64,000 nucleotides of DNA from Tubulanus polymorphus. Lineage: Eukaryota; Animalia; Nemertea. The notes below the pieces were generated by a model. The model was not told the origin of the DNA. It did no database searches and saw only the letters and a program-made list of their open reading frames with translations. The DNA is taken from NCBI RefSeq assembly GCF_964204645.1, contig NC_134031.1, forward strand, positions 2,108,001 to 2,172,000. Reading direction: 5' to 3'. A program made the position numbers and the translations under genes. This document shows positions 1-12,600 of the stretch, one piece after another (position 1 is the first letter of the stretch; each line of letters opens with the position of its first letter).

Positions 1-995
1 TGTTAAAAGAAAAACCAGATTTTCCTTCGACTGAAACTCGCACGCGAAATAAAATCGAATTATCGATAAACACGAATCGTGTTGTTTCCGATAGAATTAC
101 ATTGATATCGTTGGAGATGATGAATTTACGCGGGTTGATTTCACTGTGATCACCACATTATAACACGCGTGTTTACTGGAAGCCCCTGAAGCGGTGTTTG
201 CCCTTCAATATAGAAAAAATGATTTCAAATACCCGTTGTCGAACCCCCTGAAGCAATATAGGCCGATCCTGTTCGATCACAACAGGATAATCGCAAATTT
301 TGTTTATTCTATTTCTCAATTTTAAGACATTTCGCCTGATTCCGAAAGTAACTGGAATGAATTGGGCGCAATTTCTCCAGAAATACTCCACCGCCAATAT
401 AGCACACCATCTAGCACTGCCATCTAAATCTCCTTATGACATCATAGAGTTTGTTGACTAGTGGGCGATTTGATGATATCATAGCGAACATAGGAAGCGG
501 CCGTCTTTTGTGAAAAGTCTCAATGCAGGGTCGGGATGTGAAATGTAATGAATTCGACGAATGGCATCATTATTATTCCCACTAACGATGACTTAGATCA
601 GTTCGGCTTTATCAATTAGCGATCGAGCTACGCTAGTCAACTTTCAGCTTGACCGGAAATGACGTGCGCGCTCAATCGCGGACACATCATTAACTATGAT
701 TAGCGAATTGACCGATAATTAGTTTAGCCTTTATCCGATATGTTTGAAGTTTCGTCGTTTCCTGAAGGTAAACACAGACACGCGGCAGACGACACGGCAG
801 AGCTTCCCAATTAATCAACTGTAATCAATGATCGTATCTTTGATGGTGACATGTGCGCGATGGTCATATCTATGAATGTATGATCAATACCGACCATTTA
901 GCTGCAGGAACTTATTATCACTATAGGATCCGTTATTTCTCAGTAAAACACCACTAATTCCTCCCACCTTCTCTAACTCCATTCCTGATCTGTGC

Positions 996-1337
996 CAGAG
1001 GCGGATCCAGACCGTATTAGCCGTATTGCCCAATACGGTCTAGAATTTTTAAGTGCCCTTCGAAATTTCACCGGCAATATTTTTAAAGGCATTATTTCAG
1101 CAACCGCTAATTCCGTGTCCGGGTCGTTTATTCTGAATTGCTCTGAAGCCCTCTAAAAGCCTTTAAATGGTACCATATTATCAAAATTTTCTGGGGGAGG
1201 GCCCCCATACCCCCTTCGAAGGACTTCGCGCCTTCGGCACTCGCATTGACCTGGATACTGGGTGTGCCCTAAGATCAGAAAGGTGCCCTTAAATATCCTT
1301 CCAATACTGTCTACCCATCCCCCTGGATCCGCCCCTG
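996..1337. mobile_element. Non-autonomous DNA transposon (MITE), CAG...CTG termini, hAT-like
   Basis: TIRs CAGAGGCGGATCCAG (996) / CTGGATCCGCCCCTG (ends 1337); flanked by 5-bp direct repeat TGTGC (991-995, 1338-1342); no coding capacity. Confidence 0.75.
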
Positions 1338-2044
1338 TGTGCATCTTCCTATTATTTTCCGTGTCCAACTCGGGTTTTTTTCCGATGGACTGAATAACTA
1401 ATAGTTTGTCGTTTTAAGAATCTCGTTCGTTACCTCTCCGATATTGAGAGAGAAAGAGAGAGAGGATGAAAGAGGGGAGGAGAGAAGTGCGAGAGATGGG
1501 AAAGGGAGGGGTGCAGGGGAAGAAAGTGCGGGAGACGGAGAGAAGGTAGTAAGAGTGAAAGCGGAGTTGGAGGAAGCGAGAGGTAGGGACTGAGAGGAAG
1601 CGAGAGGTAAGGACTGATAGACTATGACGTTCATGATAAAAAACGGAGGCTTTTTCTTTTTTCTCTGCTCAATAGAGGGCGCTGGCGTTTTATAAATTGG
1701 ACCGGGAAAGCTGTGCGTGGTTTACTCAATTGGATATTCACGCTTTACTCGTTGCGGTTATTATAGAATCGACGCCTGGACGAAAAAAATCCATAAAACA
1801 ACACGCAAACTGTTAATGACACTCTAACGATTAGACGCCAAACGCAAACGTTAGAACACTGCAGCGTTTTGTCCTCGTATCCGGTCGATCCGATGCGGTA
1901 CCCTTACGAAATTTGATATTTTCTTTTTGTTCGTAATCGCGTCGATTACGAAAGATTTCGATACGAATAAAGCTTTTAATTCAGCGCGGGATTCGTTCGT
2001 TTAGTGAACCATGTCTCGCCAGCAGTTACATCGATGAAACACAC

Positions 2045-2313
2045 CAGGGGCGTAGCACAGTGAACCATCGGATAATTTGTCCTTATTAAATTTCATATTT
2101 GGGGCACCAAAATAAGCTTGAATATTAAAGAATAAAGGCCGTTTTTCCCTTCTAACCTTTTGAAAACTCGATATCCTTTAAGCATTTTTGGAATAGGTCC
2201 CAGACCTGGCCCTTACCAGCATCGTACTTTCGGCACCCTGAATTGAATTTCCATAATGACAGTTCCGCCTGCTCAAAACTGACCTCCCCCAGAAAATCCT
2301 GGCTATGCCCCTG
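2045..2313. mobile_element. Non-autonomous DNA transposon (MITE) with TIRs related to the 996-1337 element
   Basis: TIRs CAGGGGCGTAGC / GCTATGCCCCTG; flanks CACAC / CGCAC (4/5 match, decayed 5-bp TSD). Confidence 0.65.
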
Positions 2314-3091
2314 CGCACTTATCTGAAAGATAACATCATCTTCAACGAAAACAAAAAACAAATAACGACGCAATTCTGGTTGCAAACGACACTTCGACGT
2401 AAGACACGCGACATAAGACACGAAATTTTACCGGTCCCGTGGTGCTAATTCGAATCGCATCAGGACCCGGCTCGACTGAAAGTAAGCTCGTATTAAACCG
2501 ACGTAAAATACTTTAATGTCAAATTAACTTTGCATATCGGATACATTAAATTGTTAAAACGTCGTTTTTGTTTGCGCCTGGGAAGAAGAGTGGGTTTTAT
2601 ATCCCTCGAACTCGATTCTTTTAGGCATAAGGAAATAAATGGACGAACTTTTATATTTTTCATGATTTGACTCCATTACTTGATATTTGGTATGAAAATC
2701 TAAAAGCCTTTATACTGCCGGGAACAAAACTACGGCGAAGTTGCTATTTGATTTATCGTAATAACCGCGCGTAAGTCGGCGGCGTAAGTAATTTTCCCAC
2801 TAGAAAAAAATGATAGTAAAAATTCAAATTGGCGTCACGTGCGTCGAGACTGGTGCGAGCTAATTTTTCGCCAAAATGGATCTCAATTCCGAGTTAGAAA
2901 GCTAGATAAAAACCTCGTGTACACAGACAGACGCACGCCGTGCCGAAGCCAAACGTCGAAAAACATCGAAGCGCAAAATGATTCCTGACATTCTGTTTCA
3001 ATTTGTCGAATCGCGCAATTCGAGAATAATCATACGAGAGAGTCGCCACTTCGTATGCGTGGACAAATTAGCGAACGGTCGTATATTTTCG

Positions 3092-3180
3092 CAGAGAGAG
3101 AGAGTGAGTGAGAGAGGGAGAGGGAGAGGGAGAGGGAGAGGAGAGAGGGAGGGAGGGAGGGAGGGAGGGAGGGAGGGAGG

Positions 3181-3256
<76 letters not shown>

Positions 3257-3345
3257 AGAGAGGGGGGGGATGGAGGGAAAGGGGGAGAGGGGGAGGGAGA
3301 GAGAGAGGAGAGAGGAAAGGAAGAGGAGAGAGAGAGAGTTAGAGA
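3092..3345 (+). repeat. (GA)n / (GGGA)n polypurine microsatellite
   Basis: About 250 bp of almost pure A/G; it accounts for the ER/GR-rich spurious ORFs at 2978-3434. Confidence 0.95.
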
Positions 3346-4829
3346 GAATATTCAATCACTATACGACAAAATGGTCATATAAAGCCAATAATTCCTATTT
3401 TATCGCCAGGGATTGCGCGCATACGTCCAATTAACCCAACAACTGACACCTGATGCGTATACGAAAAGGGAAAATGTCGATTTGTTGTTACTGATGTCGC
3501 ACCACTGAGGCGATGATTCATCTATACACGTGCGTATAAAAATATCTAGGTGTTTTCATACGCAACCAACGTGAAAAATGCAGACACTTTATGTCGAGAA
3601 GTCTGGGCCTCTCGGTGATGAGGTTGCGCGAAGAAGTAGAGAAAAATTGCAGGGTGCAGGGACCGTATTCACTAAGCACCGATGATAAACAAAACTCCAC
3701 CAGTTGATGATTTGACACATGACAAGATACGTAGCCTTACGGGTTTTTTCCTCATCGGTTTAGTGTGGTAACAATTAGTTATGAAAGAATGTCCAGGGCT
3801 GTGTGTTGCACACGATCATCAAAGGGATAAAAAGAGTATGTACAAGTACAGCTTTTTAAAAGTGAAAACCCATCATAAAATGAAAAAACTATGAGAGACT
3901 CTGACCGGACATTCCGATTCAAATCTAAGAGCCATTCTCAAAATTGTTTAAATGGCTCATAGCATTGAGTCGAAATATAGTTACAGTCCTTTACAGTTTC
4001 TTTTCATTTTATTGTTGTTTTTTCGCTTGACTGATATCAGTCAGTCACTTGCCTATGGACACCGTTCTGACTCAGTGATGCCACGTGTATATATCAAACT
4101 GTTACCACACCGAATAGAATCTTACGCGGTCACCGAGAAAACCTCGATCCGCCGAGAAATTAAATCATTACATCAAATATCAATTTCAAAATATTCTACC
4201 ACAAAAACGGTTGCGCGATTACGTGGAGTTCATTGAACGACTGGTTAGAATCGAATTCATACGGGTTTAAGATAAAAACTAGAATTCAATTGAATTGAAA
4301 CGTCGTCGATCTTCGAGCAGTTTCTCAGTCGTTGCACGGTTGGCGATACGAGCAGACGAATTGCCACCGACCAACCGAGCCGTAAACCAGATCACGAATT
4401 CCGAACGACATCGACGACGAATTATCAATCGTTTTGCCGACATAATTGGATGCATTTTTCAATCACGCGAAACTATTGAATTTCACTGAAATCTATTCTG
4501 CCTGTTAAATTGTGTTTTTAGATTTACAGTTTTTACTGTAACTGTATTTTACCGCGGGAGACAGTGTTGCCGTTGTCTGCGCGACGTTCCACTATAAACT
4601 CGTTCGGCGAAAATGTCATCACCCGTAAATTCAATTTATTTTTATCGACACGGGCGCAGCACATCTAAGGTGTAAGACTCCGAATTCTCGTATCGTATCA
4701 GGAGTTTCGAGAATTCGTAACATGTAAGAACCAGTTCCACAGTTCAGACATGACTCAGTTCAAAAACATTGATATTCTTTTTCAAATTGATTTAGCTCAC
4801 TTTTTACTAACAACTGTGAACTGATCCAG

Positions 4830-4937
4830 GATCCAGTTCCACAGTTCTGAGTTAAGATTTGACTCTGGGTTAAAACATTGAAAATGAACTAACTTTAACT
4901 CAGAGTTAACTCTAACTCACAACTGTGGAACTGGGTC
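4830..4937. mobile_element. 108-bp PIF/Harbinger-like (Tourist-type) MITE, family H1
   Basis: TIR GATCCAGTTCCACAGTT...AACTGTGGAACTGGGTC with CAG on both sides; near-identical to 49971-50078 and 57627-57734; abuts a decayed relative at ~4729-4826. Confidence 0.85.
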
Positions 4938-7900
4938 CAGGGGACTTACAAACTTCGAGGTCTATCTAGGTCCGACCACCGAATATGGTTGTAGTCAAGT
5001 GGAAAAAAGCGCACGGCTGCCAGGCGTCTATTAGTCCGCAATCAATACATGTATAATGAAACGATTCTTTCTGATATTGAAGGAATGCCTGAAATTTACT
5101 CCTAAAAATGTATTTTAGTGTCGATGCTTTTTTATGTGCACGTGTTAATATGTCGTCGACCAATATCGTCGACGAAACGTGAAAAGGACATTTATGCGAA
5201 GTAAACCGATCATAGAACATAATAACCGTCTAACGATCAATGAAAGATGGCATTTTACAAGGAACGAACGACAGGTTCTAATATAAAAGCGATGACAAAA
5301 TTATATATATCGCAAAGATCGATGGTTGATTCTAGTGCCCGCGAGGTTTGTCGGGCTAAGATACGGCTGAATGTGTACAAACTCTTGAGTTCTATATAAA
5401 TCGTGTTTGCCGTGAAGTGAATTCCAATTCATATCATTCGGCTTTGAGAATAACACACCTCATGTCTTCACATTTATTTCGCTCGCTTATATTTTGCAGA
5501 TGTGTGTATATAAGATACTGTTGTAGGCCCTATATTTATTACAAAAACTCCTGAGTTCTAGGCATTGTGTTTACATCGGAAAGAATTTCGATTCGAGCGA
5601 CCGTCTATAAAAAATTATACACGCCTCATATCTCGAGATTTAATTTTCTCACTTATTTTGCCCGAATAAAGAGTTTATTTGAAAAATGTTTATGTATTTG
5701 CTGGTCAGGTGTGCGCGCGCACCGATTCTCTGGAATATTTCATTTTGAACCGGAAATAACACCCATCTCCTCGCAGTCAATGCCGGTGCGCGTAAAATGA
5801 AATATCTCTTTAGGAACCTTGACTCATCCGTACTGACTTACACTCTAGCCGTATCGTTTCTGTTTTCGCGCTTCTGATTGGTCGATAAGTGTCACGACGC
5901 CATCTGGTGCCTTGAGGAACCACGTGATGATGATATCGTCTGCCGATCGAACTGTCAATAATAAGCAGCCATTATGATTAATCATAATCTACGAATTATA
6001 GTAAATTTACATGATCTAACCAATCAAGGCGTTCGAGGTCGGTCGATCATATTCTGACGTGTTGTTCACGATATTTGTTGCTTAAACGATTTATCAATTA
6101 AAAATGCCTGATAATAATGTTGTAGTTATGACAGAGATGGAGAGAACGAGAGAGAGAGAGAGAGAGAGAGAGGGGAGATAGAGAGGGGGAGAGAGGGAGA
6201 GAGAACGGAAGAAATGGAGAAAATTTCGTAATCTTTGATCGATTTTATTTAGCGATGATTTCAAGACGTCACGATATTCGGATGTTTCCACACACGGAGT
6301 TTGATATTCCATCTGAGAGAATTGAATACAGAATGACTGATTAGACTTTTTCTCAGGTCAAAGAAAGTGCAACAGTTTCGCTACGGAATCTGTGTGTATT
6401 ATGATTTTCTGACCACGAATTCGATTGGTAAAAAAGATATCGGTATCCAATATGAATCTTTCATAAACCGCTGTCATGATTGATAATACGAACCGAGAAC
6501 CGAATCGATTCGGATACTTATTCCAACCGCTATAACGAATTAGAGAAATAGGGCTGGATTTCATTTCTTGTTTGAAAAGTTTCCACTCATACGAAAACTA
6601 CTTTACGAGAGCCGCGAACTTATGCGTATATCATAAGACGCTGCGACTGCTGGCATGTTTCTTCTACCCGCTTTCGATTAATATGATTCGTTCTAATATT
6701 TCCCTAATAACTCTCTCTTCGACGGCAAGACAGAGCGCTTAGCCCTCACACAACACATGCCGTTTCCCAAGCTAGAATATCTAAAAACTGCCAATAAAGA
6801 TCGCCACGTATGCCTTATTACTGGACGTCTGCGTTTTCAACAAGCACAACTCTGCATGTCTTCATTCACCAGACGAGGTTTTTTCTTGAGGCAATACAAA
6901 AAGTTTATTTCTATATGACGATTGCGCCATTGGAAATTCATACCACATTAGGTTGGCTGTTTTATTTATTACAATAAATCTATTTACACATTCTTAATTA
7001 TTTAGAAATATGTTGAGAAATATCTTTAAGTCACCCTTACATACACCATCAGTGTTAAAAAAATCGCCTAGCTGCTTAAATCGGTTTTGTTTGAAGTCCC
7101 ATGGGATCGTCAGGCCATGTACTAAGCCAGTCTTTGAAAGTAGCGACTTGGTCACAGTTTGTCACAGTTCGTATCAATGTGAATATTCTTCAGAATGTGT
7201 TCGTTAAACGTTACACAGCATCATCTGTTCGATTTGTTTTCAAAATTTGCTTTCTCTTATATAGTCGGGTGGCTTCGTTTTGATATCGGTTAAGAATATC
7301 CATCACGGAAACGTCCGTTTAGAAAAAAAATCACGATTGCCGATTAGAACGCCCGCGAACCGAAGCACCGTAACGACTATCACTTAAGCGGTTTGTTGTT
7401 GTGAAGCTAGACAATATCAATCGTGTCTGATTCGATGAAATTTTTATCCCGAAAAAAAAACTGAGCACGCACACGGGCGTGTGCGTGGGCCAGCACTCCG
7501 TCGGCAATCTGCTTAGAGCGAGGCATTTCTTGGCGTGCGCGTCCGGCTTTAAACATACGCGGAACAATGTACAAATATCAGATCGCCGAAAAAGCTGTAT
7601 TTTTTGTCGTTCGCGTTCACCCGACTGCCAGAGGTGGTTTTGCGTAATCCTATCGGATCTCGAATATTGCATCGATTTTCGCCGGTAATTAGAACATTCC
7701 GTCGTTCTTACGAACAGAAAGAGAACCGCAGAAAAAAAAGCTCGCCGACTTGCTACCTACGCACGCCTCGTCACGGCTGAGGCCACCGGCGCTTTTCATC
7801 TGATCTACCAATTTGAACTGTACTTTATGGTATTTCATCTCACCTAATAGTGTAATATCGACCGACTCGTGAGCTGTTGTCATTCTTTAAACATTCATAG

Positions 7901-9660
7901 AATTTCGGTAATAAACCTCCTACCTGATGATTAGTTCTATCAATCCGCAGTTATTTATTTATCACTTACGGGCAATAATTCCCGAGTCGCAGCCCTATAG
8001 TGGCTGATTCGGTTCAAAACAAACGCCTAACCCTCAAAAATGTCTTGAAAATAACACGAAATGGCAAGTTCAACCCAGATTTTCTTTTTTTAAAGCCATA
8101 TTAAAACTAACTTTTGGTTCAAACGTGGCCTTTTCGTAATATGCTAATAAAGATTGTTGGCTCACAGCCACCATACCGCCCATATCTTATCCATCCAGAA
8201 CAGTTCGTCCTTGGTCAAGATCTAACTGATGAAACTCAACAACCACCAAAGATTAGGACCTATGATACGTTTACGATTGATAGATAAGCTTAGGGAGGCG
8301 AATTCGAGATGGATCAATCCATGGATGTTTAACATAGTTTATACGTCCATTAGAAGAAGCGTGCAGGGCACGTTATGTTGGTCCAATAAGCGTTCATTTT
8401 CGATTGGCTTTGATCTGGGCTTCTGCGTCCGAAAATAATCAAATCCGCCTTGATAAACAACAGATCTTTGAGTCATAATTTGCTAGTGAACTCTGTCCGG
8501 TGGCTGGCGTAGTTAGGTACAATACGTTCCTAGAGGTGCGGACACGGAGTGGTATAGAGAGATGGTGTGGGTAATGACCACAGGACACTCCCGGCCATCG
8601 TTGTTAGTGTCATCCTATACGAGTCGTCGTTCGGTAATAGATTGATCACCCCCGACGGAAAACGGCTAATAGATTCGCTAAGACCGGGACAGTGTTTCTG
8701 CGTGACGAAGCTGACATCATTTGTGTCGTTGATGCGCTGATTTTACGACCTTGTGCGAGTAAAAAGCTCGTTAAGATGGAACTGTTTGTTTTCCTCCACC
8801 TCAGGAATGTATCTAACAACTAACCTCTTCGATATCGCGTGTGACATTGTTTCGGACATTACGTTGAATGCATGAAATGATCTTATACGGTTAGCATCTG
8901 GACCAAGAAAACCTGAATTATATTTTCGTTTGGTCAAAAGTCACCAGTTTCCCTTTTAAGTTTATCGGTGACACCGTTTCTTACCCTGCAAACCTGTGCA
9001 AAGAAAAAAGCCCCAAGCTCATATCTAAAAATGGTTCTGACGAAAAATAAATCTTCATAAAAAGATAATAGGATATGGGCTCGGTCATTCAACTCGTTCA
9101 CTATTTAAACATTTATGGAACTTTTTAAACAGTATCTTGTCTGTTTGGTCAACTGCGCAATACGACATTTAATCCGTGTGTCATCCTTCTGACTCTTAAG
9201 ATACCTTCGTTCACCCAGTTGAAGATTCTCGGAACTGTCATTTGAAGACTTGTTGTATCAGGGAACACTGTGACATGATAGCGCTGACCGAATAGCTCGG
9301 TCTCACTGGGATTCGAACCCACCTTCTCGCTCGTGAGCGAAACAGCTAATCCGCCAAGCCGCGAAGATGGCGCATCCAGTAATTACAACCACAATCCTAG
9401 TATAGAAGCGAGTTCAGAGTGACGGCCGAGTTTCTATCTTCAAACATGTAAAATGAAATGGAATTTGCGGAGAGATACAAAAACAGGTTAAAGCGGAATG
9501 TGACTGAGAGAAAGAGCGTTTAATTGAATAACTTGACAATCCAGTCACGGACTGCACGGTTTGCGTACAATCAAGATAAGGTCGTGAGCTGCTGTCACCT
9601 CGTGGTACGTATTTAGGCGTCCGATGTTAATGAAGTTAGAATGACGAGATAGACGCATAT

Positions 9661-9697
9661 ACCGCACCGCACCGCACCGCACCGCACCGCACTGCAC
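9661..9697 (+). repeat. (ACCGC)n pentanucleotide microsatellite
   Basis: accgc x6 followed by degenerate actgc units. Confidence 0.85.
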
Positions 9698-12600
9698 TGC
9701 TACGTGTCCTCTGAACGCGGTGATTATAACGCCATGCGGGTTCTTGATCATTATACGCACCAGACGAAACGTCGGTCGGGCCTTCAGTGTAAAAAAAAAA
9801 TACTCGTGTAGTATTAAATATATATATTGACTTGTTTTCTTGCGTAACAGGTGCGTGGCGTTAATGAGATGGGGAGGAGGGGAGAGGAGGGAGGTCTCGA
9901 AAATTAGTCGAACCGCCGTTAATGAACAAGACATCGATAATTTAGAAAAAGTGTTACCGGTTTTGATTAGAATGAAATCTGGGAAAAAAAGATGAAAACA
10001 ATAAAGTTCGTAAGGTGTTAGAAAGGTTCCGTTCTAATCAACTATTTTTATGTAGGATCTCATTTGGATGACTTACATTCATTAATATTTAGCTTTCAGA
10101 GGCAGTACAGTTTACTGTGGAACTGGATCTAAATCAAATTAAACCCACACAACTTGTGGAACTGGATCCAGGAGTCAAATTAAAAACATGGCCTAGTCCA
10201 ATAAATGCACACAAAATATATGGTGTGGCACTTTACCTTTCGGTTCTCCTGAAAAAAATCTTCACATTTTAACTCAAATATAATAGATTATTATTTTCTG
10301 TTCTGACCGTTTTGTTTTGTTTTTTATTTCGTGCTGAAGATCAGCAATGATTTGTGTTGTTATGACTCGTGGAAAGATTTATGAATTTAATGAACCAGCG
10401 ACCAAATAGAAATTGGCGTATAGGACGTGCGACAGCGACGGTTTATTGCTGCTTGCAAAATCTGCGCGTAAATATTTCCCTATGCGGGATACTGAAAATA
10501 TCCCGCTTTTCAAAACCAAAATGAACACCCGACATTTCATTGAATTGAAAATAAAGCCGAAACGAAGCGACGCCGAAATTCAATAAACTGCGTCGAATAC
10601 CGAGTCGACTTCACGTGGCTTGCTTTAATAAATTGGCACAAACCAAATAAGTAATTGAATATATCTGAAGTGGAAGCCATCGATTTTATCATCGGAAATC
10701 GAAACATGTGTCGTTTTTGCTCGGTTTACTTTTATCAGCTGCGCTGTTTACCTTATATACCTTCAGTAGAACGCGCATATTCGCCCGTGGACATCTTCGA
10801 TACTTTGCCCTCTCGCCGCTCTCTTTCAAGCTCGCTCGTCGCGTCGCGGGCTACCCGTGTCATATTGCGGAAAAAGTCAGAATTATTTATAGTCTGCATT
10901 TACACGGGCGAGAAATATTCATCGAGTTTCTGAGGGCGTAGACACGGACATTGATAACATATACGTCCGCGCTATTAATCTTGTTATTCTTTTTTTTCAT
11001 ATCATGACATCTATTTCGAAAGGCAATAGTCTGATAGTTTCGATGCAAAATTAAAATCTGTACATAATATGATAGCAGTATAGGCTCCACTCACACGTGA
11101 TGGATGAATAATAAGTGATAACCAACTATTCAAATTTAAGAGATTATAAAATGAACTTTATTCATTAAATCATAGAGTGAAATACAAGACGATCAAAGAC
11201 TTAAATACTCACTCAGACTCACAGCCCCCCCTCAATTCATCTATCGGAGAATTACTTAACATTCATCAAAGTTTCGTCAGTTAATCATGAAACTAAATAG
11301 TCATTCTGCGAATCTGGTCCCTTTATATGGACTGCAAGGTGTGATACAAATTATAGGATAGATTCTTGAAAATGAACTGATTCTGCACCATCTCCATTCG
11401 ACCTTCATAATCAGTGATCAAGGAACTCAATCAGGAGACACACCAGCGATTAGCGGGTTTTGTTATATTATTAATTGTTGTTGGCGAGTAAGCGATGAAG
11501 AACCCTGCTGGCGACGATCCTCGATATTCGATGCGTTCCGCGCACTGTTTCCCGCGGAGTCGTTCGGACTTTTCTCGAAGCGTCCGAGAAATAATCACAG
11601 CTTGCACAAATAAGTTTATTGTCGTCGCGGCCGCTTTCGACTGGAGGCGTAAATTTTCTCGCGGCAAGACGGCTATTCGGTTTATCTTCTATTTATTGAC
11701 GGCGGCATCGGCCACTTGCCGAGTGTAATATGTCCGTAATTATTATTTACAGTGTCGCAGAAGCAATTACTGGATCAGCGAGCTGTGTGAGCGGCCGCCT
11801 CGTGGCTGAGTAGGCGGGCGACGGTGGACATCGCGCCCGGTTGGTGTCAGCCGCCGACCGCTCGAAGGACGCTCGCTCCCACCACTCGCTCGATTACTCT
11901 TACGTAAATATTTCGCTCGGACAAACATCTTAGCGTTAATCAGCACCGATTTCGATTAAATTTTAAATACGCGAGTGTGTTTACCTCATTTACCGCATTC
12001 ACGCTCGGATAATGAACACTAACTAAATTTTGCGCTCTTAAAATATTCATCAGAAGATTATTTATCATAATTACCGAAACGGGTGCCGTGTGTAGTGATT
12101 ATGTGCTTTGAATAAGAAATCACTTGTTTGAACTTACAGAAACATATTATTAGCCGCCATTACGAAATTTCCTCAAAGTGCAATGAAACTCTTGATACTT
12201 GATACGATTTTGAAATGGATTTAAAATTGGCTGCAGTAAATTCTAAATCGAAGTAGAAGACTGGGCCCAGGACTTGGGTGAATCATTCTGGGGTGATCTT
12301 TCTTTCGGCTCGACTATAAGCACCCATATTTTGATTCGATGTGTACATCATACACGGCAAATGTTAATTTCCTCTATTTCTTTCAAAGAAGGCTTCATGA
12401 ATATGAATACGTTTATTTTGAGTAACGTTTCTGAGTCCAATAAGATTTCTGTTTGAGCCGTTCATGAACAGGACGTACGGCGTGGGATGAGTTCAACCTC
12501 GATGCACTCATTCATTTTATTGAGCGTTTAAAAATGTTGATAAAACGCTCGTCAAATTTACTAAATAAACGCAAATTGTTTCAGTGCAGCACGATTTATG

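Noticed and set aside
2978-3434. ER/GR-rich and SL-rich ORFs of 95-134 aa
   Set aside because: Translations of the (GA)n microsatellite.
9300-9375. tRNA-like B-box sequences (also ~16550, 20468, 43981, 46209, 52893)
   Set aside because: No complete cloverleaf could be built; probably decayed tRNA-derived SINE heads, not tRNA genes.
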